The translations under genes were made by a program, and so were the position numbers. This document shows, piece by piece, positions 53,768-64,000 of a stretch of 64,000 nt of DNA (the stretch's first letter is position 1; the number at the start of each line of letters is the position of its first letter). Origin of the DNA: Arcobacteraceae bacterium (GTDB lineage: Bacteria > Campylobacterota > Campylobacteria > Campylobacterales > Arcobacteraceae). Location: assembly GCA_965224485.1 (NCBI GenBank), contig CBDCZH010000015.1, positions 384,001 through 448,000 on the forward strand, read 5' to 3'. A model generated the notes under the pieces. It searched no databases. It was given only the letters and a program-made list of their open reading frames with translations, and had not been told where the DNA came from.

Positions 53768-54262
53768 CTAAAAAGGTATTTCATCTTCATCAATGTTGAT
53801 TTCAGGTATTTTTTGCTCAACTCTTTGAGTTGGTGCTTGCATACCACCTTGATTAGCAGAATAATTATTATTTTGGTTAGCAGAATAACTTTGTCCAGAT
53901 GGATTCGGGTTATCTTGTGCCAAAGCAGCAGAATCACTTTTTGAATCTAACATTTTCATAGTCTCCACTCTTAAAGAGTGTTTACTTCTGTTAGTTCCAT
54001 CTTGTGCTACCCATTGCTCTAATATTAATCTACCTTCTAATAAAACTTTTGAACCTTTTCGCAAGTATTGGTTTGCAACTTCAGCTGATCTTCCAAACAT
54101 ATTAAAATCTAAAAAACAAACTTCGTCTTTTTGCTCACCAGTAGCACTTTTATACTTATAAGATGTAGCAATTGCACTTTTAGCTACTGCTGCACCAGAT
54201 GGCAAATATTTTAATTCAATATCTCTAGTTAAATTTCCTAGCATCATTACTTTATTATACAT
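53768..54262 (-). CDS. ssb: Single-stranded DNA-binding protein
   Basis: [13 protein letters not shown]-terminal DEIPF. Confidence 0.98.
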   Translation of the reverse strand: MYNKVMMLGNLTRDIELKYLPSGAAVAKSAIATSYKYKSATGEQKDEVCFLDFNMFGRSAEVANQYLRKGSKVLLEGRLILEQWVAQDGTNRSKHSLRVETMKMLDSKSDSAALAQDNPNPSGQSYSANQNNNYSANQGGMQAPTQRVEQKIPEINIDEDEIPF

Positions 54263-54285
54263 ATTAGGTTCCTAAATTATATTAA

Positions 54286-54645
54286 TTACTTAGCTGCAGT
54301 TTTTTTAGCAGCGTCATCACTCATTTTTGTCCATGCAGCGATATCTTTTTTGCTTTCATATTTAATGAAAATGAATCTAATGATATTTTCATTGATTCTA
54401 TAATTTCGCTCAATTTCTAAAATAGCAGAAGTTGGTGCTTTGAAAAATGTAAGGTAATAATGACCTCTTTTGTGCTTTTCAATTTCATAAGCTAATTGCT
54501 TAGAACCCATGTCATCACTAGCAACAATCTCACCACCATTTTTTTCAATAATTGATTTTACTAAATCAATTTGAGCTACAGTTTCTTCATCAGTTAATGT
54601 AGGTTTAACGATAAACATTGTTTCATAATGTCTAATTTTTGTCAT
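54286..54645 (-). CDS. rpsF: 30S ribosomal protein S6
   Basis: [18 protein letters not shown]. Confidence 0.98.
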   Translation of the reverse strand: MTKIRHYETMFIVKPTLTDEETVAQIDLVKSIIEKNGGEIVASDDMGSKQLAYEIEKHKRGHYYLTFFKAPTSAILEIERNYRINENIIRFIFIKYESKKDIAAWTKMSDDAAKKTAAK

Positions 54646-54714
54646 ATAATCTCCTTATAGATTTCGCCAAGTGTTAAAAAACATTCAGCAAGGTTTTGAT
54701 TAAAGTTTGTGATT

Positions 54715-55701
54715 TTATCTAAGTATAACTTTGAACTTTCTTAGACAAGCTTGCAGGTAAACATTGTTATCTGACATTTTAGAAGATTTTAATTCTAATT
54801 CTAAATCATTTAAAAAAAGTAATAGTTCTAAAAATTTATCTTGTTTAATAGAAATAGCCAATCTAGCTTTTCTCTCCCACACAGCTTTTGGAGGAGAAAA
54901 ACCTAAAATTTCTTTAGCATTTGCATGACCATTTAGTTTTGAATATGAAGATATCATAAAAAGCTGTTGTACAAAAGAAGTTATTTGAGTCAATAAAAAG
55001 ATTTCATTAACTCCTTCTTCTAATAAATAATACAAATCATTTGAAATATCATTTGCTTCTAATAAATTATGAAAAAAATCTTCTAAAGAAACACTTCCTA
55101 TTCCAAAACAGTGTTTATCTATAACTTTTGTACAAATTGGCTCATCTAAAATAGAGAGTTTTTGTAAATCATTTACAGCTAGGCTTAAATCATTTCTGTG
55201 CATAAAATATAAATGGTTTAAAGCAGAAAGGTCACAATCAATTTTTAATTTATTTGCTTCTTTTTCCAAAATTTTTGTAGCTTCTTGTGCAAAAGGAGCA
55301 AACATTCTTATGCTTACAGCATTATTTTTAGGGTTAAAATATCCACCCATTGTTTTAAATTCGACATCACTCATACAAGCAAAAATTATTGTAGAATCTT
55401 GGTTTGTTTCACAAGCTTGTATCAATGCAGAAACTTCTTTTTTTAAAAGTTTTTTAGCTAATTTTATTAATATAACATTATTTGAAGAAAATAAAGAAGA
55501 CTGCAATAGTTTATCTTGCACATATTTAAAATCATAATCATCAAAATATATTTTTTCAATATCATCTTTTGAACCACTAATACTAGCTATATAAGAGGCA
55601 TACTTTTCTACTAAAAAAGTACTTTGTCCATAAAACATATAAGCATTAAACTTTTTCTTTTGTTTTAATAAGTTATCAAATTCATTTTTATACATACGCA
55701 A
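54715..55701 (-). CDS. holA: DNA polymerase III subunit delta
   Basis: QSSLF motif; conserved position between rnr and rpsF. Confidence 0.88.
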   Translation of the reverse strand: MRMYKNEFDNLLKQKKKFNAYMFYGQSTFLVEKYASYIASISGSKDDIEKIYFDDYDFKYVQDKLLQSSLFSSNNVILIKLAKKLLKKEVSALIQACETNQDSTIIFACMSDVEFKTMGGYFNPKNNAVSIRMFAPFAQEATKILEKEANKLKIDCDLSALNHLYFMHRNDLSLAVNDLQKLSILDEPICTKVIDKHCFGIGSVSLEDFFHNLLEANDISNDLYYLLEEGVNEIFLLTQITSFVQQLFMISSYSKLNGHANAKEILGFSPPKAVWERKARLAISIKQDKFLELLLFLNDLELELKSSKMSDNNVYLQACLRKFKVILR

Positions 55702-55761
55702 TAATATCCTATCTTAAGTAAGCTTTTTATAAAATCATTAATAGATATAAAAAGGGAAACT

Positions 55762-56130
55762 ATGTATGAAGTAAAAGAAGCTATTTTAGGTTTTGAAAAA
55801 TACTCTAAAGTAAAAATAGAAAAATCAAGTGATTTTTTGTCAACTATTATTTTTGATGAAGAGGAGTTTTTAAGTATTCATATAACCAATGCAAAGTATT
55901 TAAAAAATATTACTTTTGATTTAAGTGCTGAAATGATTGAAAGTTTACATATAAAAGACTCAGACTCTTTTGATATATATTTTACCATGCTGATACAAGA
56001 CCCCATAAATCAATCTGTTTTAAATTTAGGAGCTCCTATACTTATAAATGAAAAATTAAAACTTATAGCTCAATTTGTTACAAGTGATAATTTTTCTTGT
56101 AAAACAATAGAAGAACTTAGTGTTTTATAG
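55762..56130 (+). CDS. FliW-like flagellar assembly factor
   Basis: ILGFE, S.LNLGAPILIN, AQ.V. Confidence 0.7.
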   Translation: MYEVKEAILGFEKYSKVKIEKSSDFLSTIIFDEEEFLSIHITNAKYLKNITFDLSAEMIESLHIKDSDSFDIYFTMLIQDPINQSVLNLGAPILINEKLKLIAQFVTSDNFSCKTIEELSVL

Positions 56131-57973
56131 AAGCTTCTATTCTTTTAGTAATAATATCTGAACTTTTAATTATAACTTTGATTTTTAAAAATAATTTCTG
56201 CCCTGTAAAGTTATCAATAAATACTCTTAAATTAGGCATAACATCGCAAAATTTAGCAATACCACGTTCAGCATCCACAATTTGAGCTTTAAACTCTTCT
56301 CCAATATGATTTTGTGCCCAACGAGCATATTTTCTTGCTTCTAAATCCCAAACTAATAAATTGACTTTTCTCTCTTGAACTGAAATATGCTCACAAATAT
56401 CAACAATTAAACTAGGAATTTGTTTTGTTTTTAACATTCTGTGTAAAACTAAATCCGAATATCTTCTTATTGGAGAAGTAAAATGAGAATATGATTTAAA
56501 ACCTAAACCAAAATGTCCAAGATTCTTAGATGAATATTTAGCCTGTGTTTGAGCTTGAATAATAAGTTCATCAACTTCAGCTAAAAGTGAAGTATTTCTA
56601 GCTTTTTCTTGAATTTTTTGAATTGTATCATGTACAGAATTTCCAACTTTTACTTTTAGACCTAAAATATTTACATCATCAACAAGTTTTGAAATATTAG
56701 AAAAAGATGGTTCTTCATGAATTCTATATATTCCTAAGGTATTTATTTTTTTACTAGCTTCAATATTTGCTAAAAGCATACACTCTTCAACTAAAGCATG
56801 TGAAGCAGTTGAAGACTCAACTACAATGCTTTGCAATTCCAAGTTTTTATCTAATACCTGTCTATATTCATTTGTTCTAAAATCATATCCCGTTTTTAAT
56901 CTCTTAAATCTAATATTTTTACTTATTTCATATAAAGGTTTGATATATTCAAATATTTCTTCTTCTATACTTGAGCTTGCTTTTATTTTATCTTCTAAAA
57001 ACAAATCAATTGTTTCATAAGCGAATTTTTTATGTGAATTGATTAAAGCTTCAAAATTCTGTGATTTTCGCACAGAGTTATTTTTATCTAAAAATATTTT
57101 GAACACATACGCATATCTATTCACCCCTTCTTTTAAAGAACATAACTCTTCACTTAGAGAAGAAGGTAACATTGGAAGTACTTTTTGTGGTAAATAAATC
57201 GATGTTGATTTAGTAAAGGCTTCTTTATCTAAAGAACTCCCCTCTTTTACAAAAAATGAAACATCAGCAATAGCTACATATATTATATGTTCTTTTTTGT
57301 CATAATAAATTGCATCATCATGATCTTTTGCACTAGAAGGATCAATTGTACAAAAAGGTAGATGTGTTAAATCAACTCTTTTGTTAGTATCATTCATTAA
57401 AGCAGTTTCTTCATCACTCTTATTTAGTCTATTTTGTTCATTATATAAATACAAAGATATTATTTCATCTACTTTAGGATCTAAAAAATTTCCTATAACT
57501 TTTAAAACTTCAAAACTTTTTGAAGAAATTAGTAAAATATCTCCATCTTTATACTCTGCAAATGATTTGGTAGTCTTATCTAAAGTAATACTCTCTTTAA
57601 TTGTAAAAAGTTTTTTTTCTTTTACATATACTAAAAGTTCACTCTCAGAACTTTGTATTACTTTAAGAACTTTGGCTTTTATTTTTGATTTTGGATTAAA
57701 AACCCTTTTGGCAATAACTAAATCACCATCATAAGCTCCATTTAAATACTCAAAATCTAACTTAATATTTTTAAATTCATTTTGTAAGTCAAGTAAATGA
57801 GCAAACTTATTTTCAAGTTTTACAAAACCTACTTTGTACAAGCTGTTTAATGTAAAACTATTATCTTTTTTTGTAACTATTTCATCTTTAATAAAACCTT
57901 CTAAAATATCTAGCTCTTTTTTATTAAAGTCTTGATTTTTCCCATTTAGTTTTTTAAATATTGTTTCTAACAA
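56117..57973 (-). CDS. rnr: RNB-domain exoribonuclease (RNase R-like)
   Basis: TIDPSSAKDHDDA, EECMLLAN, HFTSPIRRYSDL. Confidence 0.92.
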   Translation of the reverse strand: MLETIFKKLNGKNQDFNKKELDILEGFIKDEIVTKKDNSFTLNSLYKVGFVKLENKFAHLLDLQNEFKNIKLDFEYLNGAYDGDLVIAKRVFNPKSKIKAKVLKVIQSSESELLVYVKEKKLFTIKESITLDKTTKSFAEYKDGDILLISSKSFEVLKVIGNFLDPKVDEIISLYLYNEQNRLNKSDEETALMNDTNKRVDLTHLPFCTIDPSSAKDHDDAIYYDKKEHIIYVAIADVSFFVKEGSSLDKEAFTKSTSIYLPQKVLPMLPSSLSEELCSLKEGVNRYAYVFKIFLDKNNSVRKSQNFEALINSHKKFAYETIDLFLEDKIKASSSIEEEIFEYIKPLYEISKNIRFKRLKTGYDFRTNEYRQVLDKNLELQSIVVESSTASHALVEECMLLANIEASKKINTLGIYRIHEEPSFSNISKLVDDVNILGLKVKVGNSVHDTIQKIQEKARNTSLLAEVDELIIQAQTQAKYSSKNLGHFGLGFKSYSHFTSPIRRYSDLVLHRMLKTKQIPSLIVDICEHISVQERKVNLLVWDLEARKYARWAQNHIGEEFKAQIVDAERGIAKFCDVMPNLRVFIDNFTGQKLFLKIKVIIKSSDIITKRIEASIKH

Positions 57974-58098
57974 TTTATTTCCTATTTTTTATATACTTGT
58001 ATTTTATCCAAAAAATAATAATAAATCTGTATTATCCATACATAATAGTTACATATTCTTAGAATATTTAATTGTTTTTTATAAAGCTTTAGGTATAA

Positions 58099-59148
<1,050 letters not shown>

Positions 59149-59151
59149 TAT

Positions 59152-59177
59152 AAAGTAAGGGATTTACCCTTACTTTT
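59152..59177 (+). terminator. Terminator after ilvC
   Basis: AAAGTAAGGG-ATTTA-CCCTTACTTTTT. Confidence 0.85.
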
Positions 59178-59190
59178 TATGTAAACATAT

Positions 59191-60330
59191 ATGAAAAAAA
59201 ACAAAAGAAAAACTCCCAAAAAAACTAATAAAAAACTATCTAATATAAAACTAGTGAACATAGTTTTAGCTCTTACAGTTCTAACGTTAAGCATAACTAT
59301 TTTTGCATATTATGTAATTCTAAAAAATAATTCAAATAAGTCTTCAAGTATTATAAATGAAGTAATTGTAAATGAAATAAGCAAAGAAGAACTTTTACTG
59401 GACAAGTATAGACAACAAAGAAAGAAAAAATATTTTGATAGATATTTAAGGCAAGATCAATATGAAGAATATACCCAAGAATTAAGTAAAGAATATATCC
59501 CAAATGAAGATAGTATAAAAATTATACCACCCTTTTTATTTAAAAAAGAAAAAACAATAAGTAAGAAAAGTCTTATTAAGAATAATATTAATGATAAAAA
59601 AAATAATAATAATATTAATATTAATAAAGAAATCAAAAAAGAAAAAGAACTAATAAATAATAAATTTACTAAAAATACAAAAGCAAACTTATTTATCATA
59701 ATTGATGATATAACAAGACAGAGCCAAATTGATAAAATTAATAATATTGGTTATGATATTACCATGTCATTTATGCCTCCAACTCCAAGACATAAAAACT
59801 CAGCAATTATTGCTCAAAATATTGATTCAGCGATGATACATCTTCCTTTAGAAGCACAAAGTTTTAAGTTTGAAGAAGAAAACACCTTACATATTGGTGA
59901 TTCTTATGAAAAAATTGAAAAAAGAATAAAATTATTAAGATCTTTATATCCAAATGTACTATATACAAATAACCATACAGGAAGTAAGTTTACTTCAAAT
60001 AAAGTTTCTATGAATAGATTATTAAAAGCATTAAAAAAATATGACTTTATTTTTGTTGATAGTAGAACTACAGCACAAAGTGTAGTTAAAGAATACACAA
60101 AAAAACATAACATGCCATATATTGTAAGAAATATTTTTCTTGATAATGAAAAGAACTTTACTTACATACAAAACCAATTAAAAAAAGCAATAAAAATTGC
60201 AAAAAAAAGAGGCTATGCAATTGCAATAGGACACCCTTATTCTATTACAATGGAAGTATTAAATAAATCTAAAAATCTTTTTAAAGATGTTAATTTATTG
60301 CACATTAATAATATAAAAATTACAAAATAA
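59191..60330 (+). CDS. Divergent polysaccharide deacetylase family protein
   Basis: IIIDD, MIHLPLE, NNHTGS, FVDSRT, RNIFLD, AIAIGHP. Confidence 0.9.
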   Translation: MKKNKRKTPKKTNKKLSNIKLVNIVLALTVLTLSITIFAYYVILKNNSNKSSSIINEVIVNEISKEELLLDKYRQQRKKKYFDRYLRQDQYEEYTQELSKEYIPNEDSIKIIPPFLFKKEKTISKKSLIKNNINDKKNNNNININKEIKKEKELINNKFTKNTKANLFIIIDDITRQSQIDKINNIGYDITMSFMPPTPRHKNSAIIAQNIDSAMIHLPLEAQSFKFEEENTLHIGDSYEKIEKRIKLLRSLYPNVLYTNNHTGSKFTSNKVSMNRLLKALKKYDFIFVDSRTTAQSVVKEYTKKHNMPYIVRNIFLDNEKNFTYIQNQLKKAIKIAKKRGYAIAIGHPYSITMEVLNKSKNLFKDVNLLHINNIKITK

Positions 60331-60391
60331 TAATAATCCCCCTAATAATAACAGTAAGTTATGATAAAATAATATAATTAAAAGGTTAACA

Positions 60392-61705
60392 ATGGAAAAA
60401 AAATTCTTTTTTTTTATAATATTTTTTACTTTAAGTATTATGGGATTAATGTTTTTTTATATACTTGAGTCAAAAGTATCTTATACCCAAATATCAAAAA
60501 AGATGTTATTTCAAGAAGCTTTAACTCAATATAAATCAATGCTAATTACTAGGCAGTGGAATTCTAATCATAATTCAGTTTATGTAAAACAACATGATGG
60601 TTTACAAGTAAATCCATATTTAAAACAAAACCACTTAATAACAAAAAACAATGAACTATTAATAAGAATTAACCCAGCTTGGATGACAAGACAAATTTCT
60701 GAACTTTTAAATAAAAATAGTGATTATATGTATAAAATAACTAGCTTACAACCAATAAATCCAAATAATGCTCCTGATAATTTTGAAAGAATAGCCTTAA
60801 ATTATTTTGAAAAAAATAAAGATACAAAGTATTTTACAAAATTTTCAGATAATAAGTTTAATTTTATGGGTGCACTAAAAGTAAAACCTTCTTGTCTTTC
60901 ATGTCATGCGGAACAAGGTTATAAAGTTGGTGATATAAGGGGAGGATTAAGAATATCGATTCCTCTTGATGCTTATAATGTAAATATTAGTCAAATTAAA
61001 CATAGAACTAATAATCTATATTTAGTATCAGTTCTTGCAACTTTAATTTTTCTTACTGTTTTAATATATACTTTTAAAGCAATTTATAATAAACAAAGAA
61101 CAATAAAAATTTTAAATAATAAGCTTGAACACAAAATCAAACAAAGAACTAAAGAGTTAGAAGATAAAACGAAAGAACTTTTAAAATCAAATAAAAAACT
61201 TCTAAAAATTTCAACAAGTGACTTTCTGACAAAATTACCAAATAGACGATATTTCTTTGAATTTGCAAGTAAGTCATTTGCCTCTATAAGTAGAAATGCT
61301 AATAAACTATCGCTAATAGTTATTGATATTGATTATTTTAAAAAGATAAATGATACTTACGGCCATCAAGTTGGGGATTTAGCCCTAATTCATATCTCAA
61401 ATATTATAAAAAACTCTATTAGAGAATCTGATGCTTGCGCAAGAATAGGTGGAGAAGAGTTTGCAATTTTACTTAATAATACTAATATTTATAATGCTTT
61501 TATATTCGCAGAAAAGTTAAGAAAAAATATAAAAACAAATTCTTTTATATCAAATAATAGTGAAATTAAAATAACTATTAGTCTTGGTATCCAAGAGTAT
61601 AAAAAAGAATACAAATCCATACATGAGATACTAAATCATGCAGATAAAGCCTTGTATCAAGCAAAAAATACGGGAAGAGACAAAACAGTACTATTTAAAG
61701 ATTAA
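60392..61705 (+). CDS. Diguanylate cyclase with periplasmic heme-c sensor (DUF3365/Tll0287-like)
   Basis: NPAWMTRQ, NP.NAPD.FE, CLSCH, GDIRGG, RIGGEEF. Confidence 0.9.
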   Translation: MEKKFFFFIIFFTLSIMGLMFFYILESKVSYTQISKKMLFQEALTQYKSMLITRQWNSNHNSVYVKQHDGLQVNPYLKQNHLITKNNELLIRINPAWMTRQISELLNKNSDYMYKITSLQPINPNNAPDNFERIALNYFEKNKDTKYFTKFSDNKFNFMGALKVKPSCLSCHAEQGYKVGDIRGGLRISIPLDAYNVNISQIKHRTNNLYLVSVLATLIFLTVLIYTFKAIYNKQRTIKILNNKLEHKIKQRTKELEDKTKELLKSNKKLLKISTSDFLTKLPNRRYFFEFASKSFASISRNANKLSLIVIDIDYFKKINDTYGHQVGDLALIHISNIIKNSIRESDACARIGGEEFAILLNNTNIYNAFIFAEKLRKNIKTNSFISNNSEIKITISLGIQEYKKEYKSIHEILNHADKALYQAKNTGRDKTVLFKD

Positions 61706-61750
61706 AGATTTAAATAAGCATACAATCAAGAATATTTTTAAAGGTAATTT

Positions 61751-63169
61751 ATGAAAATTGCAGTTTATTGTGAAAATAATTATGATTATATTTACAGTAA
61801 TACTAATAATGCTAAGTTAGTTGAGAAGTTTACTTCTGTAAATAATGCAAATATTTTTATATATGAAAAACTAAATAAACAATTAGAAGAATATTCATTG
61901 AATGAAAAAGATGTTGATGAAGTTATAAGTACTTATAAATTTATAGGAATTAATTATTTTTTTAAAAATACAAATGATAAATCTATTTCATTCTCTTCTT
62001 GGTTTTATGTTAAGGAAAATGCCAAAAAAATATTTATTACAATAAATACTAAAAAGACTGATAATACAATTCCTACTATGAAGATAAAAAATAAAGAAGA
62101 AAAATCCCCCTTATGGTTAAAAATAAAAAAAAGACAATATGATAATTTTGATTTATCAAATAACTCTGCTAGTGAACTTATATCATTAAACAATATAGAA
62201 TTTCTACAATTATTAACACATTGTAGTAATCACTATATTCTTTTTATATTTTTACTTACTTTAAAAGAAGAAGAACTAAATAAGTTTTACTTTTATATAT
62301 CAAAGATAGATGAAAATATGAAGAATGAATTCAAAAAAGAAATAAATAAATATAAAAAAACTTCTATTACAGATAAAATAAAAGTAGAAGCATCTTTTGT
62401 TACAACTTTATATATTAAAGAAGCTAAAAAAAGAACAATTATAGAAGAAAAAATTTTAAATATAAAGAACTCTAATAATTATGAAAATAAACTTTGCACA
62501 TCTTCAATTGAAAATGAGTTAAACGATTTAATTTTTACCTCAAAAAATAATTTAGAACTTGAAGCAAAAAGAATCCTAAGTAAATTAAGAGAACTTCATA
62601 CAAGCAAAAAAATAAGTAAAAACTTATATGAGCATATTCTTAAGAAATTTAGCTCTATATTTACTTTACTTGATGTAAAGAGTATAAACAATGATATTAA
62701 AGAAGAATATAATTTTAATTTGAGCAATCAAAAAGAGAAAATAAATATTTTCAACTCTTTATTGGCTGCTAAAAGTAATAGAATATTAGCACTTTATTCT
62801 AAAAATAAAGAAGAAGAGCTCAAAGCAAATATAAATATATGTTTTATACATTTTAGTTTTTATCCTTTATATAAAAACGAAGCACTATTTTTCTTAAATG
62901 AGATGATGAATAATGCTTTAAAAAATACTATGTTCTTAAAAAACAAAAAAAGATTTTTAGACTTTTTTGAAAATCTCCCTTCTTATTATACTGATTGTGG
63001 ATACAGAAATATTATGGATATTAAAGAACTTATAAATAATAAATTAAGAGAAAATAAACTCTTAGAAAATAATATTTTTAAAAATAAAGAACTAAAAGAA
63101 ATATTGGTTTTATTGAATTATATAGAAGATGAAGAATATTTTTATTACAAAAAATTAAAAGGAGTATAA
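61751..63169 (+). CDS. Hypothetical protein
   Basis: 472-aa AT-rich ORF with AAGG RBS; no motif recognised. Confidence 0.65.
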   Translation: MKIAVYCENNYDYIYSNTNNAKLVEKFTSVNNANIFIYEKLNKQLEEYSLNEKDVDEVISTYKFIGINYFFKNTNDKSISFSSWFYVKENAKKIFITINTKKTDNTIPTMKIKNKEEKSPLWLKIKKRQYDNFDLSNNSASELISLNNIEFLQLLTHCSNHYILFIFLLTLKEEELNKFYFYISKIDENMKNEFKKEINKYKKTSITDKIKVEASFVTTLYIKEAKKRTIIEEKILNIKNSNNYENKLCTSSIENELNDLIFTSKNNLELEAKRILSKLRELHTSKKISKNLYEHILKKFSSIFTLLDVKSINNDIKEEYNFNLSNQKEKINIFNSLLAAKSNRILALYSKNKEEELKANINICFIHFSFYPLYKNEALFFLNEMMNNALKNTMFLKNKKRFLDFFENLPSYYTDCGYRNIMDIKELINNKLRENKLLENNIFKNKELKEILVLLNYIEDEEYFYYKKLKGV

Positions 63170-63170
63170 G

Positions 63171-63246
63171 TGGTGCTCACAACGGGATTTGAACCTGTAA
63201 CCTCGTCCTTACCATGGACTTGCTCTACCGTTAGAGCTATGCAAGC
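63171..63246 (-). tRNA. tRNA-Thr(GGT)
   Basis: 76-nt cloverleaf GCTTGCA...TGTGAGC-ACCA, anticodon loop ATGGTAA, GGTTCAAATCC T-arm. Confidence 0.9.
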
Positions 63247-63251
63247 TGATT

Positions 63252-63316
63252 GTTTATAGTTTATAGTTTATAGTTTATAGTTTATAGTTTATAGTTTATA
63301 GTTTATAGTTTATAGT
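63252..63316. repeat. Perfect tandem repeat (GTTTATA)x9
   Basis: Nine exact copies plus GT, counted directly. Confidence 0.95.
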
Positions 63317-63412
63317 AAAGATATCATATTTTTTAAAAAATAGCTATAAAAATCAATAATTGTAGATATTAAATTCTATACAATTAAAAATAATAGTTAG
63401 TAGATAAAAAAA

Positions 63413-63455
63413 AAGCTCATATAAAAGACAACAAAGTTGAATTTCATATGAGCTT
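63413..63455 (-). terminator. Probable rRNA operon terminator
   Basis: AAGCTCATAT...ATATGAGCTT followed by a U-run on the minus strand. Confidence 0.6.
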
Positions 63456-63468
63456 AAAAATACTTAAA

Positions 63469-63584
63469 TCTGGCAACGACCTACGTTTCGCACAAGGGGA
63501 CCCTGCAGTATTATCAGCGATGAAGAGCTTGACTACCAGGTTCGAAATGGAGCTGGGTATTTCCTCTTCTCTATAATCACCAGA
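63469..63584 (-). rRNA. rrf: 5S rRNA
   Basis: Terminal stem TCTGGTG...TTGCCAGA, CCATTTCGAAC, GTAGGTCGTTGCCAG. Confidence 0.95.
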
Positions 63585-63782
63585 AAAAAGTAATAAATGA
63601 ACGGAAACGCAGAACTAAAGTTCTGTTCATAATAAAAATCATACTTTAGTATAATTTATTATTAATTCACTTATTACTTTCTTCTTAAAAGAATAAAGTA
63701 AAAATTGTTAAAGTCTTGTTTTGAACACTTAAATTATTAAGCATACACTTAATAAGATAGTAGCCATTGAAATAATAAAAAA

Positions 63783-64000
63783 ATAAGCCAAACGATCTAT
63801 TAGTAATAGTCAGCTGAATGCATTACTGCACTTACACATCTATCCTATCAACCAGCTAGTCTTGCTGGGATCTTCAGGGAAAGTTAATCTTAGAGTTGGC
63901 TTCGTGCTTAGATGCTTTCAGCGCTTATCTCATCCGTACGTAGCTACCCAACGATGCTCTTGGCAGAACAATTGGTACACCAGTGGTACGTTCATCCCGG
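63783..64000 (-). rRNA. rrl: 23S rRNA, 3' end (partial)
   Basis: Conserved GATAAGCGCTGAAAGCATCTAAGC and GGGTAGCTACG segments. Confidence 0.97.

Noticed and set aside
59520..59680. N/K/I-rich low-complexity stretch
   Set aside because: Ordinary linker within the deacetylase-family protein.

Overview
AT-rich Campylobacterota chromosomal window, most likely Arcobacteraceae (HP0268-miaB-DUF374, mqnE, rpsF-ssb-rpsR, ending in a minus-strand rRNA operon). The main accessory content (about 7.2-34.8 kb) is a complete PQQ-dependent alcohol-oxidation system: pqqABCDE (pqqA is a 24-aa ORF missed by the ORF track), a single type-I PQQ alcohol dehydrogenase with the lanthanide-type WDYDG and GGEFG signatures and an N-terminal lipobox, a pedA1A2BC-like ABC system, cytochrome c550, a SoxYZ-like carrier, a zinc metallohydrolase, an aldehyde dehydrogenase with a DUF779 gene, and a FIST-domain kinase with an OmpR-type regulator. 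Reading the intergenic DNA shows one promoter architecture, GCTATA-N5-GCTATA-N9-TAnnnT, in front of seven promoters of this system. An eighth copy at 42.1 kb drives an ORF-less structured RNA with a CU-rich anti-SD loop, a candidate sRNA. The 6.8-12.1 kb stretch carries many indels that look like sequencing error. All calls come from reading the sequence and recognising motifs; no database searches were run.
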